Source: Tubulanus polymorphus
Taxonomy: Eukaryota; Animalia; Nemertea
Length of the DNA stretch: 64,000 nt
Direction: 5' to 3'
Assembly (NCBI RefSeq): GCF_964204645.1
Contig: NC_134033.1
Span: forward strand, 5,046,231-5,110,230
Shown here: positions 63,871-64,000 of the stretch, one piece after another
Layout: the number at the start of each line of letters is the position of its first letter
Position numbering within the stretch: the first letter of the stretch is position 1
Program-made: the position numbers and the translations under genes
The notes under the pieces: model-generated
The model's database searches: none
Told to the model about the DNA's origin: nothing
Seen by the model: the letters and a program-made list of their open reading frames with translations, nothing else

Positions 63871-64000
63871 ATTTTTGTAAGGGTGGCATGGTTTCCAGAG
63901 CAAAGGCTCCTTGTCTGTGCAACTGAGCATATATTCATACAAATCCTTCATTAAGAAATTATCCATTCTCGAAACTCTATGAAGCTGAATTTTGAAAGAG

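Larger units (their letters stand above)
55227..63883. mobile_element. Non-autonomous CMC-EnSpm (CACTA superfamily) DNA transposon, 8657 bp
   Basis: 25-bp terminal inverted repeats CCCTTATGAAAATGGTACACGTGTA and TACACGTGTACCATTTTTGTAAGGG (2 mismatches). 2-bp target-site duplication TG (55225-55226 and 63884-63885). Subterminal TACACGTGTA arrays at both ends. Confidence 0.88.

Overview
Animal genomic DNA: AT-rich, with GT-AG introns, SINEs, Helentron-type elements and a CMC-EnSpm element. The gene families point to a marine lophotrochozoan such as a nemertean, annelid or mollusc; this assignment is inference. The window is a fast-turnover cluster of receptor and defence genes. (1) Three paralogues of a secretin-class 7TM receptor with an SMB-like/Cys-rich ectodomain. 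Two have a separate signal-peptide exon that the ORF track misses, and all three carry lesions. (2) Four intronless rhodopsin-class receptors of the FMRFamide-receptor/Srw-like NFxxY type, one of them a pseudogene. (3) A 7-exon type I membrane protein with two Ig domains and a tail carrying an ITIM and a YxxM motif. (4) A small spliced gene, absent from the ORF track, encoding signal peptide + acidic propeptide + KR + a 32-aa six-Cys peptide resembling sea-anemone APETx/BDS beta-defensin-fold toxins. This is the top finding. (5) A disabled GRL101-like CUB/C-lectin/LDLa/LRR/7TM receptor. (6) A secreted protein with two PAN domains. (7) An 8.66-kb non-autonomous CMC-EnSpm element with nested insertions. 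All exon models were read by eye and checked for splice-phase compatibility; no database searches were run.
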